Both the position numbers and the translations under genes were made by a program. A stretch of DNA of 64,000 nucleotides, from contig OZ244905.1 in NCBI GenBank assembly GCA_965221695.1, forward strand, positions 1,472,001 to 1,536,000. The letters are read 5' to 3'. The first letter of the stretch is position 1; each line of letters opens with the position of its first letter. Shown here piece after piece: positions 36,943 through 45,651 of the stretch. Origin of the DNA: Gammaproteobacteria bacterium. Its GTDB lineage: Bacteria > Pseudomonadota > Gammaproteobacteria > Eutrophobiales > Eutrophobiaceae. Under the pieces are notes generated by a model. The model made no database searches, was not told where the DNA came from, and was given only the letters and a program-made list of their open reading frames with translations.

Positions 36943-38430
36943 CTAATCTGCCTTCAACCCAGCCAGCACCTCCCGGAAACTGTTAAGTCCGGCTTCAAGG
37001 TTTTCAATGATCTCCTCGGCTAGGTCGTCGGGTTCGGGAAGGTTGTCAAGGTCGGTCAGGCTTTTGTCTTTGAGCCAGAAGATGTCGAGGCTGGTTTTGT
37101 CGCGCGCTTTGATCTTCTCAAGGCTGTAGCTGCGCCAGCGGCCGTCCGGTGCGTCGTTTTCGTGCCAGGTTGCCTTGCGCTCATGCCGGTTCTGTGGGTT
37201 GTAGCACTGGATGAAGTCTGCCAGATCTTCGAATCGCATTGGCTTCTTCTTCAGTGTGTGGTGAATATTGGTGCGGTAATCGTAGTACCAGACTTGTTTG
37301 GTCCAGGGTTCCGGGCTGGCCTCGCGGTTATCGAAGAAAATCACATTAGCCTTCACGCCTTGCGCGTAGAACACACCGGTGGGTAGGCGCAGGATAGTAT
37401 GCAGGTCAGTGTTTTCCAGTAACTTCTGACGAATTGTCTCACCCGCTCCGCCCTCGAACAGTACGTTATCCGGCACAACAATGGCGGCGCGTCCGCTGGT
37501 CTTGAGCATGGTGCGGATGTGCTGCACGAAGTTGAGTTGCTTGTTCGAGGTGCTGGCCCAGAAATCCTGGCGGTTGTAGGTCAGTTGGTCCCGGTCCTGT
37601 TCGCTCTCCTCGTTGGTGAAGGTCATCGAACTTTTCTTGCCGAACGGCGGATTTGCGAGCACATAGTCGAAACGTTTGCCGTTATCGGCCACCAACGAAT
37701 CGTTTGGCGAGACTGGCGCGCCACCGTCGATCTCACCGATGTTGTGCAGGAACATGTTCATCAAACACAGGCGACGCGTGTTGGCAACAATCTCGTTGCC
37801 GTGAAACGCATCGTGCTTCAGAAACGCTTTCTGCGCCTTGTCCAGCATAAAGTTATCCGGGTTGGTCATGAAGTCGTAGGCTGCCAGAAAGAACCCACCT
37901 GTGCCGCAGGCTGGGTCCGCTATCAGTTTGCCGGGTTCGGGCCGCACGCATTCAACCATCGCGCGGATGAGGGCACGCGGTGTGAAATACTGGCCGGCTC
38001 CGGATTTTGTGTCTTCTGCGTTCTTCTCCAACAGCCCTTCGTAGATGTCCCCTTTGATGTCGGCACCCATGGTGACCCACTCGGTGTCGTCAACCATGTC
38101 GATAAGACGGTAGAGTTTCGCCGGGTCTTGAATCTTGTTCTGCGCCTTGGTGAAAATCTGCCCCAGCATACCCGGCCTGGCGCCGAGTTCCCTCAGCAAT
38201 GTGGCATAGTGGCGCTCCAGTTCCGCCCCGTTCCTGGATGTAAGGCTGTGCCAGGCATACTCATCCGGGATGCCGACATCGCGCTGATAGGGCGGTTTGC
38301 CGTACTCATCCGCCATCTTGAGAAAGATCAGATAGGTGAGTTGCTCCAGGTAATCGCCATAGCCCACGCCGTCATCACGCAGGGTGTTGCAGAAGCTCCA
38401 GACTTTGGAGACGATGGGGGCGGCGCTCAT
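36943..38430 (-). CDS. hsdM: Type I R-M methyltransferase subunit
   Basis: GAGQYFTPR, DPACGTGGF, ANPPF. Confidence 0.96.
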   Translation of the reverse strand: MSAAPIVSKVWSFCNTLRDDGVGYGDYLEQLTYLIFLKMADEYGKPPYQRDVGIPDEYAWHSLTSRNGAELERHYATLLRELGARPGMLGQIFTKAQNKIQDPAKLYRLIDMVDDTEWVTMGADIKGDIYEGLLEKNAEDTKSGAGQYFTPRALIRAMVECVRPEPGKLIADPACGTGGFFLAAYDFMTNPDNFMLDKAQKAFLKHDAFHGNEIVANTRRLCLMNMFLHNIGEIDGGAPVSPNDSLVADNGKRFDYVLANPPFGKKSSMTFTNEESEQDRDQLTYNRQDFWASTSNKQLNFVQHIRTMLKTSGRAAIVVPDNVLFEGGAGETIRQKLLENTDLHTILRLPTGVFYAQGVKANVIFFDNREASPEPWTKQVWYYDYRTNIHHTLKKKPMRFEDLADFIQCYNPQNRHERKATWHENDAPDGRWRSYSLEKIKARDKTSLDIFWLKDKSLTDLDNLPEPDDLAEEIIENLEAGLNSFREVLAGLKAD

Positions 38431-39125
38431 ACAGGGAAGCCCTTTGCCTCAATCTGCCGAACTAAGGCATTGCCAGCCTCAGTGCGTCGGTAGCACTGGT
38501 TCTGACTTCTGGGTTTGTCGGGTACGGCCATTTCGATCAGACCGGCATCAAGGGCTGGGCGTAGATATATAGTCCTGAAGTGCTTCCGGTCTTTCAGTTC
38601 CAGTTTTTCCTGCAATTGCCCGCGACTCATGGATTCTGAAAGTGCTGTCACCAGTCTTAAGACATGTCTAGTCACTTGGGGGGTCACTTGGGGGGTCTTT
38701 TGTATATAGGCCTGTTTTATCAGAGACTTATCTTGTTCGGCCACGTGTCCTGTTACTTGTTCGGTATCTTGTAGGGCGACTTGAGGGGTCACTTGGGGTG
38801 TCACTTGTTCGGTCGCGGGCTGTAAAGCCTGCTGATGTACCGGTAGGCACACCCGGAACCAGGTGCGTTCATCGTCGCTCTCGAAGATCGGAGCCGGGGA
38901 GCCGTTCTCCTCGCTCAGAATCACCGGCAACGGACCGCGGACCTCTTTCTCCTTGAACTGTTCTCTGCCTAGCCTATTGGGGAACCACACCACATCGATT
39001 TGCCTCGTCAGTAAGAATTTGTGTAGTTGGTCGTTGAAAAATAACAACACGACATTCTTCGGGAACAGGGCTTCGGGCGGCCTGCCAACGATGTCTAGGT
39101 TCCGGTCGATAAGCGTATCCGTCAT
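38427..39125 (-). pseudogene. C-terminal remnant of AlbA_2/HATPase/HTH regulator-like gene with internal deletion
   Basis: PKNVVLLFF..QIDVVWFP joined directly to NGSPAPIFESDDER, TPQV repeats, PDKPRSQNQCY end. Confidence 0.7.
38670..38815 (-). repeat. 12-bp coding repeats (TPQV/TEQV)
   Basis: Recurrent gtcacttggggg / gtcacttgttcg units. Confidence 0.75.
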
Positions 39126-40096
39126 CGTAGCTCCTCTGGCAGTTCGATACCATTCTTGACGAAAAATTCCTTGATTATGTCGTCACCCGATGCCACGCTA
39201 AAGCTGTGAATTTGAACCCCTCCTCCACTGCTCAAGGCGTTAACAGCGTCAAAGAAATTATTCTCATTCAGCCAGTCATACCTCTTGCTAGCCAAGCTTT
39301 CCCAAGTCTTCGTCAATGACCACTCTATCAACTCAGGCTCGGCCGACTGCTCCTCGCCACCGACCAGAATTGGGCCTGGAGCGACATAGCGCCCGTTTTG
39401 TTCCTTTACCTGTGCGCCCCACAAAGATATGATTTTTGTGGACAGGGAATCAGTCGCTTTACCACCAGGCGGCGGATGTATCCCAGACCTGTGTGAAGCC
39501 ACCTTGTTTCTCCATGCCCGCAATGGCTTTGCTTCGGGTATTGATTTAGTGTACTCCCGCGCACGAGATTTAATTTTCTCCATACCATCTTTGCAGAAAG
39601 CAAAATCCTCATAGTTTCCCTCACGCGCCAAAGTATCCAGCAAGCTGACGCCTTCCATGAGATTCAGCATACTCACGCTGAACCAGTCGAACTTGACAGC
39701 TAGATGCGCATAGATGCTATTGACATCGAAATCATGACAGCTATTAGGGTCGCTCGGCAACTTACATTCGAGATTCCTTACTTCTTGATATAGGGAATGA
39801 AGACCGGTACGCAAAACCGCTACATTGCGAACAAAGTTACTGGAATTTTTAAAGTGAGCAATCTTTCCCGGCGGCCAATCCGCCTTGTCCAGTACGACAA
39901 ATCCAAGTTTACTTAGGGCGGCCTCTAATGCCTCTTCTCTCGTTCGTGCCTTCGCGATCACTTCTTTATTCTTCTCCTGTTCAATATAAACAATCCATTC
40001 TATAGGTTCGTCTTCCGAGGGAATCGGTTCCCAACGAAGAATTGTGTCTGCTGTGTGCATGATGTGTTTTAATTCAATGAACTTTGCAACAATCAA
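39122..40096 (-). CDS. Hypothetical protein, candidate HEPN ribonuclease
   Basis: Intact AT-richer ORF; RNKVASH fits R-x4-6-H; start TTG 40096 or ATG 40060. Confidence 0.65.
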   Translation of the reverse strand: MIVAKFIELKHIMHTADTILRWEPIPSEDEPIEWIVYIEQEKNKEVIAKARTREEALEAALSKLGFVVLDKADWPPGKIAHFKNSSNFVRNVAVLRTGLHSLYQEVRNLECKLPSDPNSCHDFDVNSIYAHLAVKFDWFSVSMLNLMEGVSLLDTLAREGNYEDFAFCKDGMEKIKSRAREYTKSIPEAKPLRAWRNKVASHRSGIHPPPGGKATDSLSTKIISLWGAQVKEQNGRYVAPGPILVGGEEQSAEPELIEWSLTKTWESLASKRYDWLNENNFFDAVNALSSGGGVQIHSFSVASGDDIIKEFFVKNGIELPEELR

Positions 40097-40296
40097 GGCG
40101 CATGAACGAGAGTCGCCGAGTCTGCAACGCCCAACACGATGTAACCGCCGCCGAGGTTATGGAAATCGTTTGCGAAAGCGCAGATGGTGTGTAACACGCT
40201 GGCCGGATTCCAGCCTGCCTTGTACTCAATCCGCTCTCCCTCAATGCTGCGCTGGTGCAGTAGGTGGTCGATGTTGATGGGAAGTTCGTTGCTCAT
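40093..40296 (-). pseudogene. N-terminal remnant of AlbA_2 (Schlafen-like) gene
   Basis: [22 protein letters not shown]...GGGYIVLGV then abrupt end. Confidence 0.8.
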
Positions 40297-41849
40297 ACCG
40301 TCGCCGCTTTAGGTTGGCGTCTCTTACCAGTTTTGCCTTTTGATTGTGCCATTTTCTCTGCTCGAATCCGTTCCAGCAGCACAGACGCCGGTTCGTCGTT
40401 GGGGTCTTGCGGGACCAGTTGGCCGGAGAAGGCTTTTTTTAGGATGGATTGGCGGAGGGTATCTATATAACTGAGAGTCCCTATAATTTTCCGTTCCTGC
40501 GCGTCAAGAGTCGTTAGGATATTATCAATCCGCCGACAAAGCACTTCTTGTTCCTCCAACGGAATCAGTGGCACAGGAAACTTGCTAAGAACTGTTTTAT
40601 TGATCGAAGCAAGATTCGTTGTCTGTTTACCTACCTTTTCGAAATATCGCTGTCCAAATGCGTTAGCCCAGTAGGACAGAAGTTTCGAGTTGAATTCTGA
40701 CGTTATATGTGGAGTTGCTCTGAAAACGTGATTTTGGGTTATACACGGCACAATTTCAGACTGCCAAATCCAACCTCGGCCAAGTTTGTCCCGATCTCCT
40801 CCTTCGTTAAATAGTATATCCCACTTCTTGAGTTGAAGAGCGGCAAGCTGGGATTTCTCTATTCTCATATGCTTGATTTCGGAAAGATCGAGAACTCCTC
40901 GTTGCACGTTCGCCACCCGCAAGTAGGGAACTTCCATCGGATCTTTGAACTTTCGTCTAGCACTGACCGACATTCCTGAACCTATTTCCGCAACTTGGCA
41001 AAGACGTACGAGATACCAACTTTCGGGTGTATTTGGTAGCTCGTATTTTTCCTGAGAAGCTATTTCTGTGGTTGTCGTCACTCTGTTCGGTTTTGTTGGC
41101 TTCTTGATTGAATCTCCTTCTGCTTTCCACTCTCTAACAGCAACCCTCCATTCCTCAAGTTGCCGCTCATAGTGGGCTTCCCGCTCCCGCTTGATGCGAG
41201 CGAGCAATTGCTCGGGTGTTTCGAGTTTGCCCTTGTTCTTCTTACGCCAATCCGCGGTGAGCTTGCCTTCAAAGGCGTGTTTGAGTACGGCCTGACGGTA
41301 GACTGCAAGCTGCGCTCGTGCCGTCTTCAGGCTTTCAATGCCCTTGTCCAGCTCGGAAAAGAGTTCCTCGATCTTGGCGATGATCCGATTTTGTTCAAGC
41401 AACGGTGGTAAATGAAGCTCGAAACTTTCAATTAACGCCTTAGTAATGGCCTTGAATGTCGAGCCTGTCCCTTTTCCTGATATATCAGGCTCTGCACTTC
41501 TGAATAGATACAGCAGGAACTTCGGCTCAATTCCCCCAAGGGGGTGAAGTGCTGCTAATCCTCGACCAATGCAGCACTCGTGTTGCACCAGATTAGTTGG
41601 TCCAACGGGAGCTCGAACCGACAGTAGCGTTGCGCCTGGTTTGGCCACCTTATTGGGCTTTGAACAATACAGGTTGACGGTTGGGGATAGATCGCCGAAT
41701 TCCGCCTTCCCCTGAAAGAAAGGAAGGCCATCCCCGTTACGGTTATAGGTCCTGGAAGAGGGGGACTGGCCCATCACGATGTGCGTGAAATCGATAAGAA
41801 TGCATCGTTGCCATCCCTTAGGGACTGTGTTCTTTACGAAATCGGTCAT
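40293..41849 (-). CDS. hsdS: Type I R-M specificity subunit
   Basis: Two TRDs with conserved [10 protein letters not shown] and IPLEEQ regions, [14 protein letters not shown]. Confidence 0.95.
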   Translation of the reverse strand: MTDFVKNTVPKGWQRCILIDFTHIVMGQSPSSRTYNRNGDGLPFFQGKAEFGDLSPTVNLYCSKPNKVAKPGATLLSVRAPVGPTNLVQHECCIGRGLAALHPLGGIEPKFLLYLFRSAEPDISGKGTGSTFKAITKALIESFELHLPPLLEQNRIIAKIEELFSELDKGIESLKTARAQLAVYRQAVLKHAFEGKLTADWRKKNKGKLETPEQLLARIKREREAHYERQLEEWRVAVREWKAEGDSIKKPTKPNRVTTTTEIASQEKYELPNTPESWYLVRLCQVAEIGSGMSVSARRKFKDPMEVPYLRVANVQRGVLDLSEIKHMRIEKSQLAALQLKKWDILFNEGGDRDKLGRGWIWQSEIVPCITQNHVFRATPHITSEFNSKLLSYWANAFGQRYFEKVGKQTTNLASINKTVLSKFPVPLIPLEEQEVLCRRIDNILTTLDAQERKIIGTLSYIDTLRQSILKKAFSGQLVPQDPNDEPASVLLERIRAEKMAQSKGKTGKRRQPKAATV

Positions 41850-41856
41850 TTATATC

Positions 41857-41906
41857 GCCAACGCCTCATTCAACTCATTAATTTCACTATCCATCCGACC
41901 CCCGAA
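41857..41906 (-). repeat. Diverged duplicate of the hsdR 3' end
   Basis: 43/50 identical to 42825-42874; FGGRMDSEINELNEALA vs FGDRMDSVIDEMNEALA. Confidence 0.9.
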
Positions 41907-41985
41907 ATTCTGACACTTCCGATCTATGCTTCCATTGAAATAGACCCGCGAGGCATGAAACCGCGAGTTCGTATTAACATGAAGG

Positions 41986-42014
41986 TTGCAAACATTGCGG
42001 CATTGCCGCATAAT
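41986..42014 (+). promoter_or_regulatory. TA promoter with palindromic operator
   Basis: TTGCAA, 17 nt, CATAAT; perfect tgcggca-t-tgccgca at 41996-42010. Confidence 0.7.
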
Positions 42015-42023
42015 TGACAGTTC

Positions 42024-42353
42024 ATGCATTTGTACTTTACTCGAGCTTATGAACGCGCCATTAGCAAATTGCTCTCGCCACCGGCCCGAGGTGAAATGGA
42101 ATCGGCAATTATGTCCGCTCCCGATTCGGCGCCCGTTATTCGGGGGACAGGCGGCATCCGCAAGCTGCGATGGGCGGGTTCCGGTCGCGGCAAGCGAGGT
42201 GGCATCCGCGTAATCTACTTCTACCCTGGTCCCGAAGCGATTTATATGCTGACGGCATATGCGAAGGCAGAGCGCGAAGATTTGTCGGCAGCGGATATGA
42301 AGGTGTTGTCCAAGCAGGTGGCAGAAATCAAAAAAGAGAGGCGAAAACGATGA
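42024..42353 (+). CDS. HigB/RelE family toxin
   Basis: IRGTGGIRKLRW..GRGKRGGIRVIYF..LTAYAK. Confidence 0.92.
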   Translation: MHLYFTRAYERAISKLLSPPARGEMESAIMSAPDSAPVIRGTGGIRKLRWAGSGRGKRGGIRVIYFYPGPEAIYMLTAYAKAEREDLSAADMKVLSKQVAEIKKERRKR

Positions 42354-42691
42354 ATGAACGCACCAAGATCGGTCAGGAGATTGAAGCGGCCCTCGGCGAG
42401 GTGCTGGCTCATGTGCGCGGCGAGGCTGTGCTGGCTTGCCGGATTGTAGATGACCCCAGTGCCGCGCGGATTGTTGCGCTGCGTAAACGATTGAAGCTGA
42501 GCCGGCAGAAGTTCGCGGACCGATTTGGCCTTGATGTGCGCGCTGTGCAGGACTGGGAGCAGGGCCGACGGGTTCCGGAACGGGCTGCACGCGTCTTGCT
42601 GACCGTGATTGACCATGATCCGGATTCGGTTGCGCGTGCGCTCGCCGCAGGGGCAACAAAGCCCGGGGATGCCCAAATTGCGGCTCAGTGA
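42350..42691 (+). CDS. HigA-like HTH antitoxin
   Basis: ATGA overlap with toxin; LSRQKFADRFGL..VQDWEQGRR.P. Confidence 0.9.
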   Translation: MNERTKIGQEIEAALGEVLAHVRGEAVLACRIVDDPSAARIVALRKRLKLSRQKFADRFGLDVRAVQDWEQGRRVPERAARVLLTVIDHDPDSVARALAAGATKPGDAQIAAQ

Positions 42692-42707
42692 AGGCTGAGC
42701 TGGCACT

Positions 42708-42819
42708 AAGGTAAAAGGAAGAAGGAGGAAGGAAGAAACGCGCGTTGAAATCAACGCGCGGCCTTTCGCTTCGCATTGTCCTTGTTACTTCTGCCTTTAT
42801 CCTTCTACCTTTTTCCTTC
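42708..42819. repeat. Inverted arrays of 7-bp AAGGNNN repeats forming a long hairpin
   Basis: aaggtaa aaggaag aaggagg aaggaag on +; aaggaaa aaggtag aaggata aaggcag on -; inner cgcgcgttga-aa-tcaacgcgcg. Confidence 0.8.
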
Positions 42820-45583
42820 ACGCTGCCAACGCCTCATTCATCTCATCAATCACACTATCCATCCGGTCTCCGAACAGCTCGTACATCCGACCCCGGCCGC
42901 CTTTGGCATCGAACGGCGTCATTTCGAGGTCGTTCTTATCCAAGTGGAACGAAGTGATGATATGTTCGCGAATCATGCGCAACCAATCCATCTGTTCTTC
43001 GTTGAACTTTTCACCGGCGCCGCTGTGGTGCGTCATAATCCAGGTCTGGAAGTTGCGGCGTACGGTTTCTGCATAAGTCGACAATCTGGCATCAATGCCG
43101 CAGACGCGACGAATCAATGCCATAAGCGCTGTTAATTCGGTAACCGGCTGGGAACCTTTATATTCGTCAAGAAGTTCATATGCCTGCCATACGCGCAACG
43201 GCGCCAGCTTGGGCCGGTCGCGCTTTAACCGGTCCAAGACTTCCCGGATCATCGCGTAGGTCAACTCTCGTCGGCGATAGGGCTGGGAGAAGAAAATCGT
43301 CAGCGCTTCAATCTCATCGCGGTTGGCTTCCAGGTATTGCCGGAAGTCCTCCACCATACTCTTCGCATTCTCGTGCGCGGCATCTGCCCATCCGGCGCTG
43401 AGCAAGGTATCCGGGTTGTCGTGGTCGATGGTCTGTTCTTTGTCCCGGCGAATTGAGTCGATCAATTGGATCAGTTTACCGTTGAATACCTTGGCTGCTT
43501 CGTTCACCAACTGTTCCTGGGCCTGTACGCGCACTGCCTCCGTTGGCTCAGCGTCATTCGCCACCGGTTTTATCTCGCGGGCTTTCTCCTCGATTCTGTC
43601 CGGGTCTATCGCGGCCAGCAGATCGCTGACGATCCGGGTGAGTTCGATGCCCCCGGCTTGCGCCGTGATCTTTTCTTTCTCGGCCGGATCGAGTTGCTGA
43701 TTCAGCCGCGCGAGACGGCCGGCCAGCGAACTCACCGTTTCTTCGTCGCGCGCGCCCATCATCACATTCATTGCAAGGTCTTTGAGTGGAACAGTAGGCT
43801 TGGTGTCCAGCGGTTGGCTGGCCGTTTTCACTGATTTGGTTACCCCGACCGCGTCAACGATCACATAGTGGGTCTTTGCGCTGGTAGCGGAGGGTGAGAC
43901 TTTCTTGAGATCGTCATGATCGAGGGTACGCGTGCCCCGGCCCTTCATCTGCTCGAAGTAATTACGGCTCTTGACATCGCGCATGAACAGCAGGCATTCG
44001 AGCGGTTTTACATTGGTGCCGGTGGCAATCATGTCCACGGTCACGGCGATACGCGGGTTATAATCATTGCGAAGCTGACTGAGGACCGTCTTGGGATCGT
44101 CATCGATCCGGTAGGTGACTTTCTTGCAAAAGGCATTACCTTCACCGAACTCTTCCCGCACGGTCTGGATAATGTCATCGGCGTGGCTGTCGGTCTTGGC
44201 GAAGATCAGCGTCTTCGGGATCTCTTTGCGGACCGGAAAGATTTCCGGCAATTTGTCGCGAAACGTCTTGATCACCAAGCGAATCTGGTCGGGGTTGACA
44301 ACGCTGCGGTCGAGTTGCCTGGTGTCATAGGTCTCGTCCTCGTCCTGGGTCTCCCAGCGCTTGCGTCTTGACAGGCGCTCACGCTTCTCGACGAGCTGCT
44401 CCGCCTTGAGTTGACCGCCGTGTTTCGTCACCTCCGTGTCGATGACATAGATTTCGTTGCCCACATTGACGCCGTCGGCAACGGCCTGCTCGTGGGTATA
44501 CTCACTGACAACATTCTGCTTGAAGAATCCGAAAGTGCGGTTATCTGGCGTTGCGGTCAAACCGATAAGATAAGCGTCGAAATATTCTAGTACCTGAAGC
44601 CAGAGATTATAGATGGAGCGGTGGCATTCGTCGATGACGATGAAATCGAAGAACTCCGGTGGAATCTTCGCGTTATAGTCTACTGTTTGGGGTTGTTTAG
44701 GCTGTACCCTCTCCGCCGGGTTGGACTCCTCGGTGGCTTCGTCGAATTCCTGGCCTTTAAGCAGTGAATACATTCTCTGGATGGTACTGATGCAGACCTG
44801 ACTGTCCTTGGCCACAAAGGATGATTTCAATCGTTGGACGTTATAAAGTTCTGTGAACTTGCGGTTGTCGTCGCTCGGCACATAAGCCATGAATTCCTGC
44901 TCGGCCTGTTCGCCCAGATTCCGGGTGTCCACAAGAAAGAGGATGCGTTTGGCGCCGGCATGTTTAAGCAACCGGTAGATCGACGTGACCGCAGTGTAGG
45001 TCTTACCTGAACCGGTGGCCATCTGAATAAGGGCGCGGGGACGGTCTTCCTTGAATGAGGTTTCCAATTTCTGAATGGCGTTGAATTGGCATGTTCTGAG
45101 TCCCCCAGGGTCCAACTCTGGCAGGCTGTGAAACCGGGCGCGCAGCGTGTCCGATTGTGCGTACCAGTCCCGTAGCGTCTCTGGTCGAAAAAAGCTGAAT
45201 GCTTCGCGGGAACGGGGGTGTGGATCGCGCTTATCGGTAAAGCGTGTGAGTACCCCTGTGCTCTCGTACACAAAAGTCATGGGTTCTTTGTTGTTAAACC
45301 ACTTGAGCCTGGCGTTGGCATAAGTGGCGGATTGTTCTTCAACCTTGGTTAGCTTGTGGCCGTAGTATTTCGGTTTGGCCTCGATAATGCCAACGGGTTT
45401 TTTGTCGATCAACAGCGCGTAGTCAGCGGGGCCAACATCTGTCGGATACTCGCGAACAGCAATCCCGGAGCCTGCGCTGAAGTCGATTTCATTCTTTGAT
45501 TGCACCTTCCAACCGGCCTGTTCCAGCTTGTCATCAATGACCTCGCGGGCCTGCTGTTCGGGGGTTCGGTTTCCTTCACTCAT
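42818..45583 (-). CDS. hsdR: Type I R-M restriction subunit (EcoEI-like C-terminus)
   Basis: PADY..IEAK nuclease motif, MATGSGKT, DECH, TATP, QMKGRGTR. Confidence 0.95.
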   Translation of the reverse strand: MSEGNRTPEQQAREVIDDKLEQAGWKVQSKNEIDFSAGSGIAVREYPTDVGPADYALLIDKKPVGIIEAKPKYYGHKLTKVEEQSATYANARLKWFNNKEPMTFVYESTGVLTRFTDKRDPHPRSREAFSFFRPETLRDWYAQSDTLRARFHSLPELDPGGLRTCQFNAIQKLETSFKEDRPRALIQMATGSGKTYTAVTSIYRLLKHAGAKRILFLVDTRNLGEQAEQEFMAYVPSDDNRKFTELYNVQRLKSSFVAKDSQVCISTIQRMYSLLKGQEFDEATEESNPAERVQPKQPQTVDYNAKIPPEFFDFIVIDECHRSIYNLWLQVLEYFDAYLIGLTATPDNRTFGFFKQNVVSEYTHEQAVADGVNVGNEIYVIDTEVTKHGGQLKAEQLVEKRERLSRRKRWETQDEDETYDTRQLDRSVVNPDQIRLVIKTFRDKLPEIFPVRKEIPKTLIFAKTDSHADDIIQTVREEFGEGNAFCKKVTYRIDDDPKTVLSQLRNDYNPRIAVTVDMIATGTNVKPLECLLFMRDVKSRNYFEQMKGRGTRTLDHDDLKKVSPSATSAKTHYVIVDAVGVTKSVKTASQPLDTKPTVPLKDLAMNVMMGARDEETVSSLAGRLARLNQQLDPAEKEKITAQAGGIELTRIVSDLLAAIDPDRIEEKAREIKPVANDAEPTEAVRVQAQEQLVNEAAKVFNGKLIQLIDSIRRDKEQTIDHDNPDTLLSAGWADAAHENAKSMVEDFRQYLEANRDEIEALTIFFSQPYRRRELTYAMIREVLDRLKRDRPKLAPLRVWQAYELLDEYKGSQPVTELTALMALIRRVCGIDARLSTYAETVRRNFQTWIMTHHSGAGEKFNEEQMDWLRMIREHIITSFHLDKNDLEMTPFDAKGGRGRMYELFGDRMDSVIDEMNEALAA

Positions 45584-45651
45584 TGCGGATATTCTTTGGG
45601 TAGTCGTGTGCCAGCAAACCCAGCGTGGATCATATCTGCAGTCCGCCACTC

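Noticed and set aside
37519-38493. Long antisense ORFs (also 45865-46728, 49019-50008, 51132-52202, 54957-55889)
   Set aside because: Shadows of strongly supported genes, with no motifs or meaningful boundaries.
42170-42349. Longer N-terminus for the antitoxin in the ORF track
   Set aside because: Overlaps the toxin; the ATGA overlap at 42350 is the likelier start.
45642-45651. tccgccactc resembling the tRNA-Sec 3' end (tccgccattc) at the far island edge, possible att site
   Set aside because: Only 7 contiguous identical bases and no integrase; position is suggestive but chance cannot be excluded.
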